Part shown: in pieces, positions 29,992 through 40,066 of the stretch
How positions within the stretch are numbered: the first letter of the stretch is position 1
How the letters are laid out: each line of letters opens with the position of its first letter
From: Thermoanaerobaculia bacterium
GTDB taxonomy: Bacteria; Acidobacteriota; Thermoanaerobaculia; UBA5066
Length of the DNA: 64,000 nt
Direction: 5' to 3'
Assembly (NCBI GenBank): GCA_963719225.1
Contig: CAVRAY010000001.1
Span: 3,200,001-3,264,000, forward strand
Notes under the pieces: model-generated
The model's database searches: none
What the model was told of the DNA's origin: nothing
What the model saw: only the letters and a program-made list of their open reading frames with translations
Position numbers and translations under genes: made by a program

Positions 29992-30558
29992 ATGAGAAAA
30001 CACCTCGCCCTCGCGCTCTCGGGAGCGCTTCTTCTGACCGCCACCATGAAGGGAGCATCCCCCGTGAAGAACCCGACCGTCGTCATGAAGACCTCCCTCG
30101 GGAGCGTCACGATCGAGCTCTATCCCGACAAGGCGCCCGAGACCGTCAAGAACTTCCTGCAGTACGTGAACGACAAGTTCTACGACGGCACGATCTTCCA
30201 TCGCGTGATCAGCAATTTCATGGTCCAGGGCGGCGGCATGGACAAGGCCATGAACAAGAAGCCGACGCGCGCCCCGATCGCGAACGAGGCGGCAAACAAG
30301 GTGAAGAACGAGCGCGGGACGGTCGCGATGGCGCGGACCTCGGAACCGAACAGTGCGACGGCCCAGTTCTTCATCAACGTGAAGGACAACGGCTTTCTGG
30401 ACTACCGCGACTCGTCTCCTCAGGGCATCGGCTACTGTGTGTTCGGGAAGGTGACGTCCGGGATGGACGTCGTGGACAAGATCAAGGAGGTCCCCACCGG
30501 CGCCCAGGACATCCCGAAAACCCAGGTCGTCATCGAGTCGATCCGCGTCGCCCCCTGA
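29992..30558 (+). CDS. Cyclophilin-type peptidyl-prolyl isomerase with signal peptide
   Basis: APETVKNF, FYDGTIFHRVI, GTVAMART, SATAQFFIN, VFGKV. Confidence 0.93.
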   Translation: MRKHLALALSGALLLTATMKGASPVKNPTVVMKTSLGSVTIELYPDKAPETVKNFLQYVNDKFYDGTIFHRVISNFMVQGGGMDKAMNKKPTRAPIANEAANKVKNERGTVAMARTSEPNSATAQFFINVKDNGFLDYRDSSPQGIGYCVFGKVTSGMDVVDKIKEVPTGAQDIPKTQVVIESIRVAP

Positions 30559-30577
30559 CCGGAGAGAGCGTTTCTCC

Positions 30578-31759
30578 GTGTCGAGCGCCCCGCCCCCGGT
30601 CGGGTATCCGCCGCCGCCTCCTTCCGTGAGGCGGCGAAGCGTCCTCGGCCCGCTCCTCGTCGTCCTTCTCGCGGGCTGGGGAGCGTTCTATCTCCTGCGC
30701 GCAGGAGCCGTGAAGCGGGACGGCATCGGTGCCGCTCCCCCGAAGCTCTCGGGCGGCCCTGCCGCCGAGCCGCGGGCCGTCGTCGCCCGCGGCGATCTTG
30801 CCGAGGACGAGAGGGCCACGATCGCGCTCTTCAAGAACGCGAGCCCCTCCGTCGTCTACATCACGACGCTTTCGCGGCGCGCGGTCAACTTCTTCGAGAT
30901 GACGGAGGTGCCGCAGGGCACCGGCTCGGGCTTTCTATGGGACCGGCAGGGACACGTCGTCACGAATTCCCACGTCCTCGTCGGTGACTCCTTCGTCGTC
31001 ACGCTCTCGGACCAGTCGAACTGGAAGGCCACCGTCGTCGGCGTCGAGCTGGACAGGGACCTCGCCGTCCTCAGGATCTCCGCTCCTCCGGAAAAGCTGC
31101 CGCCGATCCTCGTCGGCACGAGCAAGGGGCTGCAGGTGGGGCAGAAAGTCTTCGCGATCGGGAACCCGTTCGGCCTCGACGAGACGCTCACGACGGGCGT
31201 CGTGAGCGCGCTCGGACGCACGATCCAGTCCCTGAGCGGCCGCAAGATCCAGAACGTCATCCAGACGGACGCCGCGATCAACCCCGGGAATTCCGGCGGC
31301 CCGCTTCTCGACAGCGCCGGGCGCCTGATCGGCGTGAACACGCAGATCGCGAGCCCGACCGGCGCGAGCGCGGGGATCGGCTTCGCCGTGCCCGTCGACA
31401 CCGTTAACGAGGTCGTGCCCGAGCTCATCGCGCACGGCAGGATCGTTCGCCCCCGGCTCGGCGTCGTGCCCGCCACCGAAAACATCACGCGCCAGCTCGG
31501 CGTCTCGGGCGTCCTCGTCCTCGCCGTGCAGGACGGGTCGGGTGCCGCGAAGGCCGGGCTGCGCGGCACCGAACGCGATCGGGACGGCTCGCTCGTCCTC
31601 GGCGACATCATCGTCGGCGTCGCCGGCAAGGACGTTACGAGCTACGACGACCTCGTCACCGCGCTCGAGAAACAGAGCATCGGCGACACCGTGCCCGTGA
31701 AGATCCTGAGGAACGACCGAACGGTGACCCTGAACGTGACGCTCACGGCGTCGCGCTGA
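30578..31759 (+). CDS. HtrA/DegP-family serine protease with one PDZ domain
   Basis: GTGSGF, TNSHV, DLAVL, TDAAINPGNSGGPL; N-terminal TM helix. Confidence 0.93.
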   Translation: MSSAPPPVGYPPPPPSVRRRSVLGPLLVVLLAGWGAFYLLRAGAVKRDGIGAAPPKLSGGPAAEPRAVVARGDLAEDERATIALFKNASPSVVYITTLSRRAVNFFEMTEVPQGTGSGFLWDRQGHVVTNSHVLVGDSFVVTLSDQSNWKATVVGVELDRDLAVLRISAPPEKLPPILVGTSKGLQVGQKVFAIGNPFGLDETLTTGVVSALGRTIQSLSGRKIQNVIQTDAAINPGNSGGPLLDSAGRLIGVNTQIASPTGASAGIGFAVPVDTVNEVVPELIAHGRIVRPRLGVVPATENITRQLGVSGVLVLAVQDGSGAAKAGLRGTERDRDGSLVLGDIIVGVAGKDVTSYDDLVTALEKQSIGDTVPVKILRNDRTVTLNVTLTASR

Positions 31760-32141
31760 GCTCCGGCGGCGGCGCCGGCACCTCCCACAGAGCGACCTCG
31801 ACCCGCGCCGCGACCGGGGTCGAGCGCTCCACGACGCGTCCCACGGACACGATCCTCTTGCCGCCGGACGGCAGCTCGTCGGCATGGACTTCGATCTCGC
31901 CCCCCGCGAGCTTCATTCTCCCGGCGGGCAGCTCCCCCTTCTCCATGAGCCACGCGCGCGCCCAGTCCATGCCGGAGCGCGCAAGCTCGACGGCGTAGCG
32001 GTCGTTCGCGCGGCGCCGCGTCGCGCGGAGATCGGTCAGGAGGATCGAGGCGAGGACGCCGAGGACGAGCGCGAAGACGACGAGGATCCCCATCACGAGA
32101 AGGAGCGAGCTTCCGCGCTCGCGCCTCGCGGCGGACCTCAT
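31743..32141 (-). CDS. PilX/GspK-like minor pilin
   Basis: RRERG|SSLLLVM.. lacking E5, then A.ELARSGMDWA typical of PilX N-termini; ATGA-coupled. Confidence 0.7.
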   Translation of the reverse strand: MRSAARRERGSSLLLVMGILVVFALVLGVLASILLTDLRATRRRANDRYAVELARSGMDWARAWLMEKGELPAGRMKLAGGEIEVHADELPSGGKRIVSVGRVVERSTPVAARVEVALWEVPAPPPELSATP

Positions 32142-32677
32142 CGGGCCTTCTCCGTCGGTCGGCCGCAGGCCAGCGCGATCAGCTCGGTCCGGTCGCCCTC
32201 GCTCCACTGCAGGAGGAGGCGCCCGTTCGCGAGCTCGGCCGGATCGAGGGAAAACGTGCCCGGAAGCGTCCAGGTCGAGGTCGCGCTCACGACCTCGCCG
32301 TCCGGCTTCTTTCTCGACGACGTCCGCTCGACCTTGCTCCCGTGCACGTTCCACGAAATCTCCGGATCCTCCTCGCGGAGCGGCACGAGGTCCAGCCGGA
32401 AGGCGGCCGAGGGAAACGGCGGCGAGACCGCGGCGGCGGACGCGCGCGCGAGGTCGGTCGAGAGGCGCTCCCAGAGAAGCGGGAACATCTCGACGCTCAG
32501 GCGTTTCGCGTCGAGGCCCGCCTGCTGCCTCAGGAGTCCGAGGGCCACGGGCAGGAGCGAGAACAGGAGGACCACGCCGATGAGGACGACGACGCACAGC
32601 TCGACGAGAGAGAAACCAAAGGCCAAGCCAAAAGCCAAGCCGTGAGCCAAGCCGGGTACCGGGCGCGGCGCCCTCAT
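32138..32677 (-). CDS. Prepilin-type (PilW/GspJ-like) minor pilin
   Basis: G|FSLVELCVVVLIG class III signal; LSTDLARA segment. Confidence 0.72.
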   Translation of the reverse strand: MRAPRPVPGLAHGLAFGLAFGFSLVELCVVVLIGVVLLFSLLPVALGLLRQQAGLDAKRLSVEMFPLLWERLSTDLARASAAAVSPPFPSAAFRLDLVPLREEDPEISWNVHGSKVERTSSRKKPDGEVVSATSTWTLPGTFSLDPAELANGRLLLQWSEGDRTELIALACGRPTEKAR

Positions 32678-33084
32678 GGCGGCGGCGGCAGCGTGCCCGC
32701 GCCGCGGAAGACGTAGCCTTCCTGCACGAGCTGCTTCGCCATCTTCTCTCCGAACCCGATCTCGAGGTGGACGAAGAAGAGCCCGTCGACCTCCGTCGAT
32801 TTCACCCTCAGAAACGGATTTCGGGGGTCGAGCGCATCAACGAAGTCGCCCGGTCCCACGAAGGGCCGTCGGTCCTTCGGATAAACGTCGCTCCGAAACG
32901 GCCCGCGCAAGTAGATCCACTCGCTGGCGAGCGCGCGCACCGCCCGCTCGCGATCGAGACGCTCCCGCTCGAGAGAGCGGCGGCGCGCGAGGAACCCCGC
33001 GCCGAGCGTCAGGACGACCCCGAGGATCGCCAGGGAAACGAGCGCCTCGAGGAGGAAGACGCCGCGGGAGCGCCGGTCGCTCAT
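32674..33084 (-). CDS. Prepilin-type (PilV/GspI-like) minor pilin
   Basis: MSDRRSRG|VFLLEALVSLAILG class III signal. Confidence 0.75.
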   Translation of the reverse strand: MSDRRSRGVFLLEALVSLAILGVVLTLGAGFLARRRSLERERLDRERAVRALASEWIYLRGPFRSDVYPKDRRPFVGPGDFVDALDPRNPFLRVKSTEVDGLFFVHLEIGFGEKMAKQLVQEGYVFRGAGTLPPPP

Positions 33085-33102
33085 CGTGTCCCGCGCGGCC
33101 GG

Positions 33103-33720
33103 TCAGCGCAGCGACGAAACGAGCTTCTTCACGGCGCGCTCGGCGGCGTCCTCGGCGGCCTGAGCTTCCGCCTCGGTGTCGAGGGTGCTCACCTGGGAGG
33201 TCCCGTTGCGGCCCGTGACGTCGATGGCCTTCCCGGGCGTGCCGGGCGCCGTCACGATCGAGACGCTGACGGAGCAGTCGGCCTCGTACGAGACGACGAT
33301 GTTCTCCACGCGCACGGGCGTGCCCGTTCCCGGGTTCACCTGGCGGTCGTAGATGCGGCCCTCGTGCCGCTGGATCCGGCACGGGGAGAGCAGGATGCCG
33401 AGGTACACGTCCGCGGGCCAGGCCTTACGGAACTCCGCTCCCGCCTCGCCGGGCACGGCCACGTCGGCGAGACGCGCGCCCGAGAGCCGCGCGTCCACGA
33501 TCGCCCCGAGGCCCCGGTCGCTCGCCGTGGAGAGAAAGCGAGGCACGAAGCGGTCGAGCTCCGGCGCATCGCCTTTCGCTTCCACGAGGACGATCGCCTT
33601 TTTCGGCGACTGGGCCGGCGCGGCTCCGGACGCGGCGGAACCGGACGGCGACGGAGAGGAAGCGCAGCCGGAGAGCGCGAGGAAGGATGCGAAGACGGCA
33701 AGAGGACGCATGACCTGCAT
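33103..33720 (-). CDS. Hypothetical lipoprotein
   Basis: Lipobox LALSGC, Ser/Ala linker. Start 33720 or 33711. Confidence 0.7.
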   Translation of the reverse strand: MQVMRPLAVFASFLALSGCASSPSPSGSAASGAAPAQSPKKAIVLVEAKGDAPELDRFVPRFLSTASDRGLGAIVDARLSGARLADVAVPGEAGAEFRKAWPADVYLGILLSPCRIQRHEGRIYDRQVNPGTGTPVRVENIVVSYEADCSVSVSIVTAPGTPGKAIDVTGRNGTSQVSTLDTEAEAQAAEDAAERAVKKLVSSLR

Positions 33721-33759
33721 GGCGCCGAAGTGTACGCCGCCTCCCGTTATCCTCCATCC

Positions 33760-34791
33760 ATGGAAACCGCGGCCGATCCCGTCGATCTCCTCGTCGTCGG
33801 GGCGGGTCCGGTCGGTCTCGCGTGCGCGCTCGAGGCGGCGCGCCAGGGTCTCTCGCACGTCGTGATCGAAAAGGGCGCGCTCTTGGACACGCTCGTACAC
33901 TGGCCCACGTACACGGTTTTCTTTTCGACTCCGGAGCTGCTCGAGATCGGCGGCCATCCGTTCGTCACCGCCTCGGCCAAGCCCACGCGCCGCGAGGGCC
34001 TCGTCTATTACCGGAAGGTGGCCGAACGCGAAGGGCTGAGGGTCCGTCTTCACGAGCGTGTCCTTTCGGTGGCGAAGGAAGATGGCGTCTTTCGCGTCGC
34101 GACGACGGGCGGCGTCCATGGGGCCCATGCCGTGATCGTCGCGACCGGCTTCTATGCCACGCCGAACCTCCTCGGAGTTCCGGGGGAGGAACTCCCGAAG
34201 GTGTCGCATTACTACACCGAGCCGTTCGCGCACGCGCAGACGGACGTCCTCGTGGTGGGCGGTAAGAACTCGGCCGTCGAAGCGGCGCTCGACCTCCATC
34301 GGAACGGCGTTCGCGTCACGATGGCGGTACGCAAGAGGGAGTTCGGGACGAGCGTCAAGTACTGGCTCAGACCCGACATCGAGAATCGGGTCAAGGAGGG
34401 CTCGATCCGGGCCCACTTCGAGACGACGGTGAAGAGGATCGAGGAACACCGCGTCGTCCTCGAGACGAAGGGCACCACCTTCGAGATCCCGAACCACTTC
34501 GTCTTCGCGCTCACGGGATACCGGCCCGACTTCCCGCTCCTCGACGCCTGCGGAATCGCCGTCACGGGCGACTTCGAGGTCGTTCACGACCCGGAAACCA
34601 TGGAGACGAACGTGCCCGGCCTCTACGTCGCAGGCGTCCTGGCCGCGGGCGCCCGGATCGGAAAGCTCTTCATCGAGAACGGCCGCCTCCACGCCGTCGC
34701 GATCGTGAAGCACGTCCTCGCGCGCAAAGGCAGCGCTCCCGCCGCGCCACTCCTTGCCCCCCGCCTCCGGAGGTTCCAGGACGGGGACTAG
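33760..34791 (+). CDS. YpdA-family putative bacillithiol disulfide reductase
   Basis: GAGPVG, FFSTPELLEIG, KPTRREGLVYY, GGKNSAVEAAL, KYWLRPDIENR, FIENGRLH. Confidence 0.88.
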   Translation: METAADPVDLLVVGAGPVGLACALEAARQGLSHVVIEKGALLDTLVHWPTYTVFFSTPELLEIGGHPFVTASAKPTRREGLVYYRKVAEREGLRVRLHERVLSVAKEDGVFRVATTGGVHGAHAVIVATGFYATPNLLGVPGEELPKVSHYYTEPFAHAQTDVLVVGGKNSAVEAALDLHRNGVRVTMAVRKREFGTSVKYWLRPDIENRVKEGSIRAHFETTVKRIEEHRVVLETKGTTFEIPNHFVFALTGYRPDFPLLDACGIAVTGDFEVVHDPETMETNVPGLYVAGVLAAGARIGKLFIENGRLHAVAIVKHVLARKGSAPAAPLLAPRLRRFQDGD

Positions 34792-35267
34792 GACGGCGAC
34801 GCGGGGGAAGGCGGCGCGTTCCAGATGTCGACGACGCATCTCCACTGCCCGTCGGCGTCCAGGCGCCAGACCGTGATGCCCCGCCCCGGCAGCGTCCGCG
34901 GCACGCCGTCGGCCCCAGGCACGGTCATTTCGTTCGTGCTGCGCATGTAGGCGAGCTTGCCGTCCGGCGAGAAGACGACCTTCTCGGACTTCCAGTGGAT
35001 CTGGAAGCCCGGGATCTTGAGACTGTCCGCGACGAAGCCGCGGAGCGCGGTCTTTCCTTCGACCGCCGGCTGCCCTGGCGGAATGACGAGCGCGTCGTCG
35101 GTCCAGTACGAGACGATCTTCTCGACGTCCTTCCCCGCCGCCGCGTCGGCCGCCCACTCCGCGTCCCGCTTCAGCACCTTCGCCTCCTCGGCCTTCGCGT
35201 TGAAAGCCGGCCGCGCGCAGCCCGCGGCGAGCGGGAATCCAACGACGGCTGTGGCACGACGATGCAT
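34788..35267 (-). CDS. NTF2/SnoaL-like (DUF4440) lipoprotein
   Basis: AAGGAGG RBS, LAAGC, YWTDDALVIPPG, ITVWRLDADGQWRCVVDIWN. Confidence 0.8.
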   Translation of the reverse strand: MHRRATAVVGFPLAAGCARPAFNAKAEEAKVLKRDAEWAADAAAGKDVEKIVSYWTDDALVIPPGQPAVEGKTALRGFVADSLKIPGFQIHWKSEKVVFSPDGKLAYMRSTNEMTVPGADGVPRTLPGRGITVWRLDADGQWRCVVDIWNAPPSPASPS

Positions 35268-35293
35268 GGGGCCTCCTTCGACGAGAATCCCGG

Positions 35294-36314
35294 TCACCCG
35301 CCCGCCGCCTTCGGCGCTGCGGGCTCGGCGTCCGGAAAGGGGTTCACCTTGTGCTCGATCGGCGCGAGGGTGTTGAGGAAGTCGTACAGCATTCCGAGGT
35401 CGTCCTCGGTCATGCCCGAAAGCGGGAGCCACGGCATGACGGTGTTGCGGCCTTTCGGCGCGGGCGGGGCGTTGTCGCCCGTGAGCGCGACGAAGGACTT
35501 GAAGCGCCCGATGAACTCCGCCTTCGTGGCCTTGCCCATGTACGTGTCGGGGTGCGGCGTGAGGTTCGGCGTGAGGTTGCGTCCCCACGGCCCCTTCATC
35601 TCCCAGCCGCCGGAGTAGTCCTTCCCCGGGAGGCGCTTTCCCTTGTCGTCGTGGGGCGAGTGGCATTCGCGGCAGTTGGCCACGACGGAGAGGTAACGCC
35701 CGTATCCGATGCGGTCCGTCTTCGGGTCGGGGGCGGACACGGGGCCCTCGAGCGGCTGGGGCTCGAGCTTGACGAGGAGGTTGACCGGGAAGTCGAGCTT
35801 CCGCGCGGGCACCGCGTGTTTCACCGGGGCGAGCGTCCGGATGTAGGCGACGACCGACTTCGCGTCCTCGTCCGAGAGAGAACGATACGACTTGTACTGC
35901 ATCATCGGGAAGAGCGCGTTGCCGTTCTTGTCCACCCTCTCTCACGGCGCGCAGCACCTCGCCGTCCGTCCACGTGCCGATCCCGTTCTCGGGATCGGGC
36001 GTGATGTTCTGCGCGCAGACGACGCCGGGAACCGCGTAGTCCTTGCCGAACGGGAAGCCGCCCTGGCCCGCGGTGCCGGGCTTGACCGGCACGCCGTAGC
36101 GGTCGGCCCGGAGGTCCGAGTGGCACCCGAGGCAGTCCACCACGTGCTCGACGAGATACGTGCCGCGTGCGAGGCGCTCGGGCGTGCGCTCGATGCGCTC
36201 GGCCGAAGGCGGCCGCTGGGCGGGACGGCGAAGGGCGAGGGCCGCGACGGCGACACCGGCGACGACGACGAGGCCGAGGGCCAGGATGAGGATCACCCGC
36301 ATCAGTTTTTTCAT
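35294..36314 (-). pseudogene. Membrane-anchored di-heme cytochrome c, 1-nt frameshift near 35937
   Basis: CLGCH and NITPDPENGIGTW in one frame; LFPMM, CRECH, NLTP, MPW in the other. One extra base restores VREGVDKNG. Confidence 0.85.
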
Positions 36315-37693
36315 GGGCGGGGATTATTGCGCGAGAGCGGCAGCTTCAGGATCACGACGTCCTCGAGCTTCTCGGCGGGCAGCTCGCCGTCTCCGATCAG
36401 GTCCGACTGGCTGTTCGCGATGAAATAAAACACGCCGTCCGCAACGACGCCCCGCGTCGGCCCGTGGAACTTCGGATGACAACATTCGAGGACGTCACCC
36501 TCTTCGAGCGCCATCCCGTCCGCCGCCACCCGCCATCGCGCGACGCGCCCGGCGCTCACGACGTTCATGATCCCGAGGATCGATCCGTCGTGAAGGACGA
36601 GGCCGCCCAGGCCGGCCGGGAAGATACCCGGGACCTGGTCGACGGCCTGGACCTCGCCCGTCGCGGGGTCCACGTGGAAGAGGCCCTGCGCGATGTCGGC
36701 CACGTAGAGGTGTTTCCCGTCTGCGCTCATCGCGATCCCGTTCGGCGCGACGAACGGGCCCCTCTTGACGAGCGTCTTCAGCTCCGCGCCACCGGCCTCG
36801 AGGACCAGAACCTCGGCGGACTCGGTGTCGGTCACGTAGACGTTGCCGGCGGGATCGAGGACGAGATCGTTGAAGAGATGCGTCAGGGGCCCCGGCACGG
36901 AGATCCTTCGCACGAGCTTTTTCGAGACGAGGTCGTACTCGCACAGGGCCGAGCGTCCGTAGGCCTCGGATTTGAAGCCCTTCATCTCCGGAGCGGCGGC
37001 GCTCGCGGCCCAGAGGCGGCGGCGCACCGCGTCCACCTTGATTCCGTGCACGGCGTCCAGCTCGTCCGCGCCCTCCTCCACGAAGTCCGACACGACGGCG
37101 GGCGCGCCGGGACGGCCGGGCTTCACCTTGACGACCTTCCGTTTCCAGAGGCTCGAGAGGTAGAAGACCTTCTCGACGGGGTCGTACGCGAGACCCTCCG
37201 GCACGAGGTCCCTCTCCGTCACGGTGAACGCGACGACGGAACGGTGTTGTTTCGCGGCCTGGGCGCGGATGATGGCGTCCGCGTTCTTGAAGGCCGGCTC
37301 GCTCTCGATCGACGCGAAGGACTTCGGGCTGGGCACGAGGCAGCTCCCGAGCTGCCAGAGCCGCTGTAGCCACTCGAAGGATGCCTCGGGCTTGCGCGCG
37401 CGGACCCAGGTCGCCGCCGAAAGATAAGCGGCGACGTCGTCCTTCGGGTTTGCCCCGTACACGCGCGAAAAAGCCTCCGACGCTCCCCGCCAGTCGCCTC
37501 GGCTGAAGGCCCGTTTGCCCGCGGCGTAGTTGTTTTCGATGATGCTGATCTTCGCCTTGCCCAGCCGCGGCGCGGCCGGGGCGGAGCCGGAAGGGCGCGA
37601 TCCGGCGCACCCCGGGATCTCCCCGAGGAGCGCCACGGCGAGAAGCGTCGGAAAAGCACGGTTCGGGCGGCTATGTGGCGTCATCGTCTCCAT
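36311..37693 (-). CDS. Secreted TPR + SMP-30/gluconolactonase-like beta-propeller protein
   Basis: Signal/lipobox-like N-terminus, helical domain, PEGLAYD, FNDLVLD, PNGIAMS. Confidence 0.75.
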   Translation of the reverse strand: METMTPHSRPNRAFPTLLAVALLGEIPGCAGSRPSGSAPAAPRLGKAKISIIENNYAAGKRAFSRGDWRGASEAFSRVYGANPKDDVAAYLSAATWVRARKPEASFEWLQRLWQLGSCLVPSPKSFASIESEPAFKNADAIIRAQAAKQHRSVVAFTVTERDLVPEGLAYDPVEKVFYLSSLWKRKVVKVKPGRPGAPAVVSDFVEEGADELDAVHGIKVDAVRRRLWAASAAAPEMKGFKSEAYGRSALCEYDLVSKKLVRRISVPGPLTHLFNDLVLDPAGNVYVTDTESAEVLVLEAGGAELKTLVKRGPFVAPNGIAMSADGKHLYVADIAQGLFHVDPATGEVQAVDQVPGIFPAGLGGLVLHDGSILGIMNVVSAGRVARWRVAADGMALEEGDVLECCHPKFHGPTRGVVADGVFYFIANSQSDLIGDGELPAEKLEDVVILKLPLSRNNPRP

Positions 37694-38429
37694 TTTCCCA
37701 GAGACTTCGCTGAAGCTCCCGGGGAGGCTGCGCGCGCTTCGGCGGCTTCGAAGGGAGCGGAGCGGCGACGTCGAAGACCGACGGGTCGTCGATTTCGGGC
37801 GAATTGACGCGCGGCGACACGTCGAACGCATCGAGCGTGCCCGCGGAAAGAGGGCGCAGGACTTTCTCGAGGGATGCCGGGTCCTCGACACTCGGATCGA
37901 GCCACAGGTCTTCGGCGCCGGGTTCGAGGATGACGGGCATGCGGTCGTGCACGTCTGCGACCTCCGGGTTCGCATCCGTCGTGAGCACCGCGAAAGTGCG
38001 CAGCGGCGGCCCCCCCCGCGGACGCCACTCGTCCCACAAACCCGCGATCGCGAACGGCTCTCGCGACTTCCTCCGGAATCCGAACGGCACGGCCTTGTTT
38101 CCGTAACGCCTCCACTCGAAGAAGCCGTCGGCGGGCACGAGGGCGCGCCGCCTTTGGAAGGACTCGCGGAAGCTCGGCTTCGCGGCGGCCGTCTCGGCGC
38201 GCGCGTTGATCGGCCGGCCAGCGTCCGCGGGATCCGACGCCCATGCCGGCACGAGACCCCAGCGCATGAGCTCGAGACGGCGCTCCCCCGCTTTCCCGAC
38301 ACGGATGACCGGGAGATCCTGTCCGGGCGCGGCGTTCCAGCGCGGCATGAGGGGGACCAATTCCCCTCGAACGCGGAAGCGCGAGACCAGGACGTCGGCA
38401 GGCGACGTGATCCAGTACCGGCCGCACAT
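37671..38429 (-). CDS. SRAP (YedK/HMCES) abasic-site cross-linking protein
   Basis: N-terminal MCGRY, RWGLVP, INARAET, GFFEW, HDRMPVIL. Confidence 0.93.
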   Translation of the reverse strand: MCGRYWITSPADVLVSRFRVRGELVPLMPRWNAAPGQDLPVIRVGKAGERRLELMRWGLVPAWASDPADAGRPINARAETAAAKPSFRESFQRRRALVPADGFFEWRRYGNKAVPFGFRRKSREPFAIAGLWDEWRPRGGPPLRTFAVLTTDANPEVADVHDRMPVILEPGAEDLWLDPSVEDPASLEKVLRPLSAGTLDAFDVSPRVNSPEIDDPSVFDVAAPLPSKPPKRAQPPRELQRSLWENGDDDAT

Positions 38430-38446
38430 GACCCGATGCCGACGTC

Positions 38447-40048
38447 TCAGCCCGCCGCGGCCGCCGGCGGCGTGATGCGGGTTCCGTCTTCGTCGTTTTC
38501 CGCGTTCCGCTCCGGAGCCTTGACCGGGATCGCCGCCGCTCCGTTGCGGCTCCACCACCGTTCGGCCAGCTCGCGGGTCCAGGGCTCCTGAAGGACGAGC
38601 CCGGCGAGGCGTGCGTCGAGCACCCGCGCGCTCTCGGGCCTTTCGTCCGGGTCCTTCGCGAGACAGTCGAGGAGAACCCGCTCGAGCTCCGGTTCGATCG
38701 GCGTCGCGACGCGTTTCGAAGGCGGGATCGGCGTCGTCGAGGCGTGGTCGTGGATCGTCTCGAGAGCCGTCTTCCGGTCGAAGACCGGGAGGCCCGTGAC
38801 GAGCATGTATCCGACGGCACCGAGCGCGTAGAGATCCGTCCGGGCGTCCACCGCGCGCCCGAGCGCCATCTCCGGCGCCATGAACGCAGGCGTGCCCGCG
38901 AAGAAGCCTGTCTGCGTGATGTCGGCGGCCGAAGCCGCGAGCGTCTTCACGAGGCCGAAGTCGAGCACCTTCACGAAATCGGGATCGCCGCCGTAGCGGC
39001 AGGTGAAGATGTTGCCGGGCTTGACGTCGCGGTGGACGAGACCTGCTGCGTGCGCCTCGGCGAGCGAGTGGCAGACCTGCCGGAGGAGGTGCACGACACG
39101 CCCCGACGGAAGGGGCCCGAAGCGGCGGACGACGTCCTCGAGCGTGAAGCCTTCGAGAAGCTCCATGACGTAATAGAACGCGCCGTCGTCCGAGCGCCCG
39201 AAGTCGTAGAGCTGGATCGTATGCGGCGAGCGGAGAGCGGCGGTGGCCTTCGCCTCGCGCTCGAAGCGCGCCATCATCTCGCGGCTCGACGCGTCCGTGC
39301 CGCCGCGCACGAGCTTGATCGCCGCGTCGCGCGCGAGCATGCGGTGCTCCGCCCGCCACACTTCGCCCATGCCGCCGTGGCCGAGAAGCGCGACCAGCCG
39401 GTAGCTCCCGAGCTCCCGCGCGCGGCCTGCCTCCTCCGAGAGGCGGTAGACGATGCGCGACCCCACGATCGCGACGACCGCCGCGACCGCAGTCGGAAGG
39501 AACATCGCGACCACCATCGCGGCGGGCGGCGCGGGCCGGTACAAGAGCGCGACGAGGAGTCCGATCGGGTCCATTGCGGCTGTCGCGAGCGTCGCGAGGA
39601 CCGTCTTCCCCCGCGTGGACGGCACGAGCAGCGGAAACGCCAGGATGAGGACCGCCACGGACGAGAACCCCTTCGGGAGGAAGCCTGGTGCTTCCGGGAT
39701 GGAATGGTAGATGGCGGCGAGCAGGAACCCGATGAAGACCTCGTACACGAGCGCGCGGTCGAGGAGCTCGGCCGCGTCGAGGCCGGCACGGCGCGTGAGC
39801 GCGTACATCCCGAGCGAGACGACGACGACCGCGACCTGGCCGAAGAGGACGATCCCCGCGAACGGGCGGACTCCCGCGGCCGCCGCAACGACCCTCTCGA
39901 CGACGGCAAAGACCAGGACCAGCCCGGCGATGAGCAGGGCGACGGCGCCGAGGCGGCGCACGCCTGCGGACAGCAGCTCCGGGGGCAGCGTGCGGGGCGC
40001 GCGGGAGACGGTGGGCGTGGAGTCGGCCTTGCAACAGGTCCGCGTCAT
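38447..40048 (-). CDS. Hanks-type Ser/Thr protein kinase with N-terminal multi-TM sensor
   Basis: GHGGMGEV, AAIK, HRDVKPGN, DFG, MAPE, DLYALG; 5-6 TM helices. Confidence 0.92.
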   Translation of the reverse strand: MTRTCCKADSTPTVSRAPRTLPPELLSAGVRRLGAVALLIAGLVLVFAVVERVVAAAAGVRPFAGIVLFGQVAVVVVSLGMYALTRRAGLDAAELLDRALVYEVFIGFLLAAIYHSIPEAPGFLPKGFSSVAVLILAFPLLVPSTRGKTVLATLATAAMDPIGLLVALLYRPAPPAAMVVAMFLPTAVAAVVAIVGSRIVYRLSEEAGRARELGSYRLVALLGHGGMGEVWRAEHRMLARDAAIKLVRGGTDASSREMMARFEREAKATAALRSPHTIQLYDFGRSDDGAFYYVMELLEGFTLEDVVRRFGPLPSGRVVHLLRQVCHSLAEAHAAGLVHRDVKPGNIFTCRYGGDPDFVKVLDFGLVKTLAASAADITQTGFFAGTPAFMAPEMALGRAVDARTDLYALGAVGYMLVTGLPVFDRKTALETIHDHASTTPIPPSKRVATPIEPELERVLLDCLAKDPDERPESARVLDARLAGLVLQEPWTRELAERWWSRNGAAAIPVKAPERNAENDEDGTRITPPAAAAG

Positions 40049-40066
40049 CGCCTTATTCTCTCTCGG

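Noticed and set aside
27963-33084. A complete T6SS or type IV pilus/T2SS locus
   Set aside because: Only an orphan Hcp-like gene and three minor pilins are present, separated by housekeeping genes; core machinery is absent from the window.
35252-35267. TGGCACGACGATGCA sigma-54-like motif
   Set aside because: GG-to-GC spacing is 9 rather than 10, and it lies antisense within a coding start.
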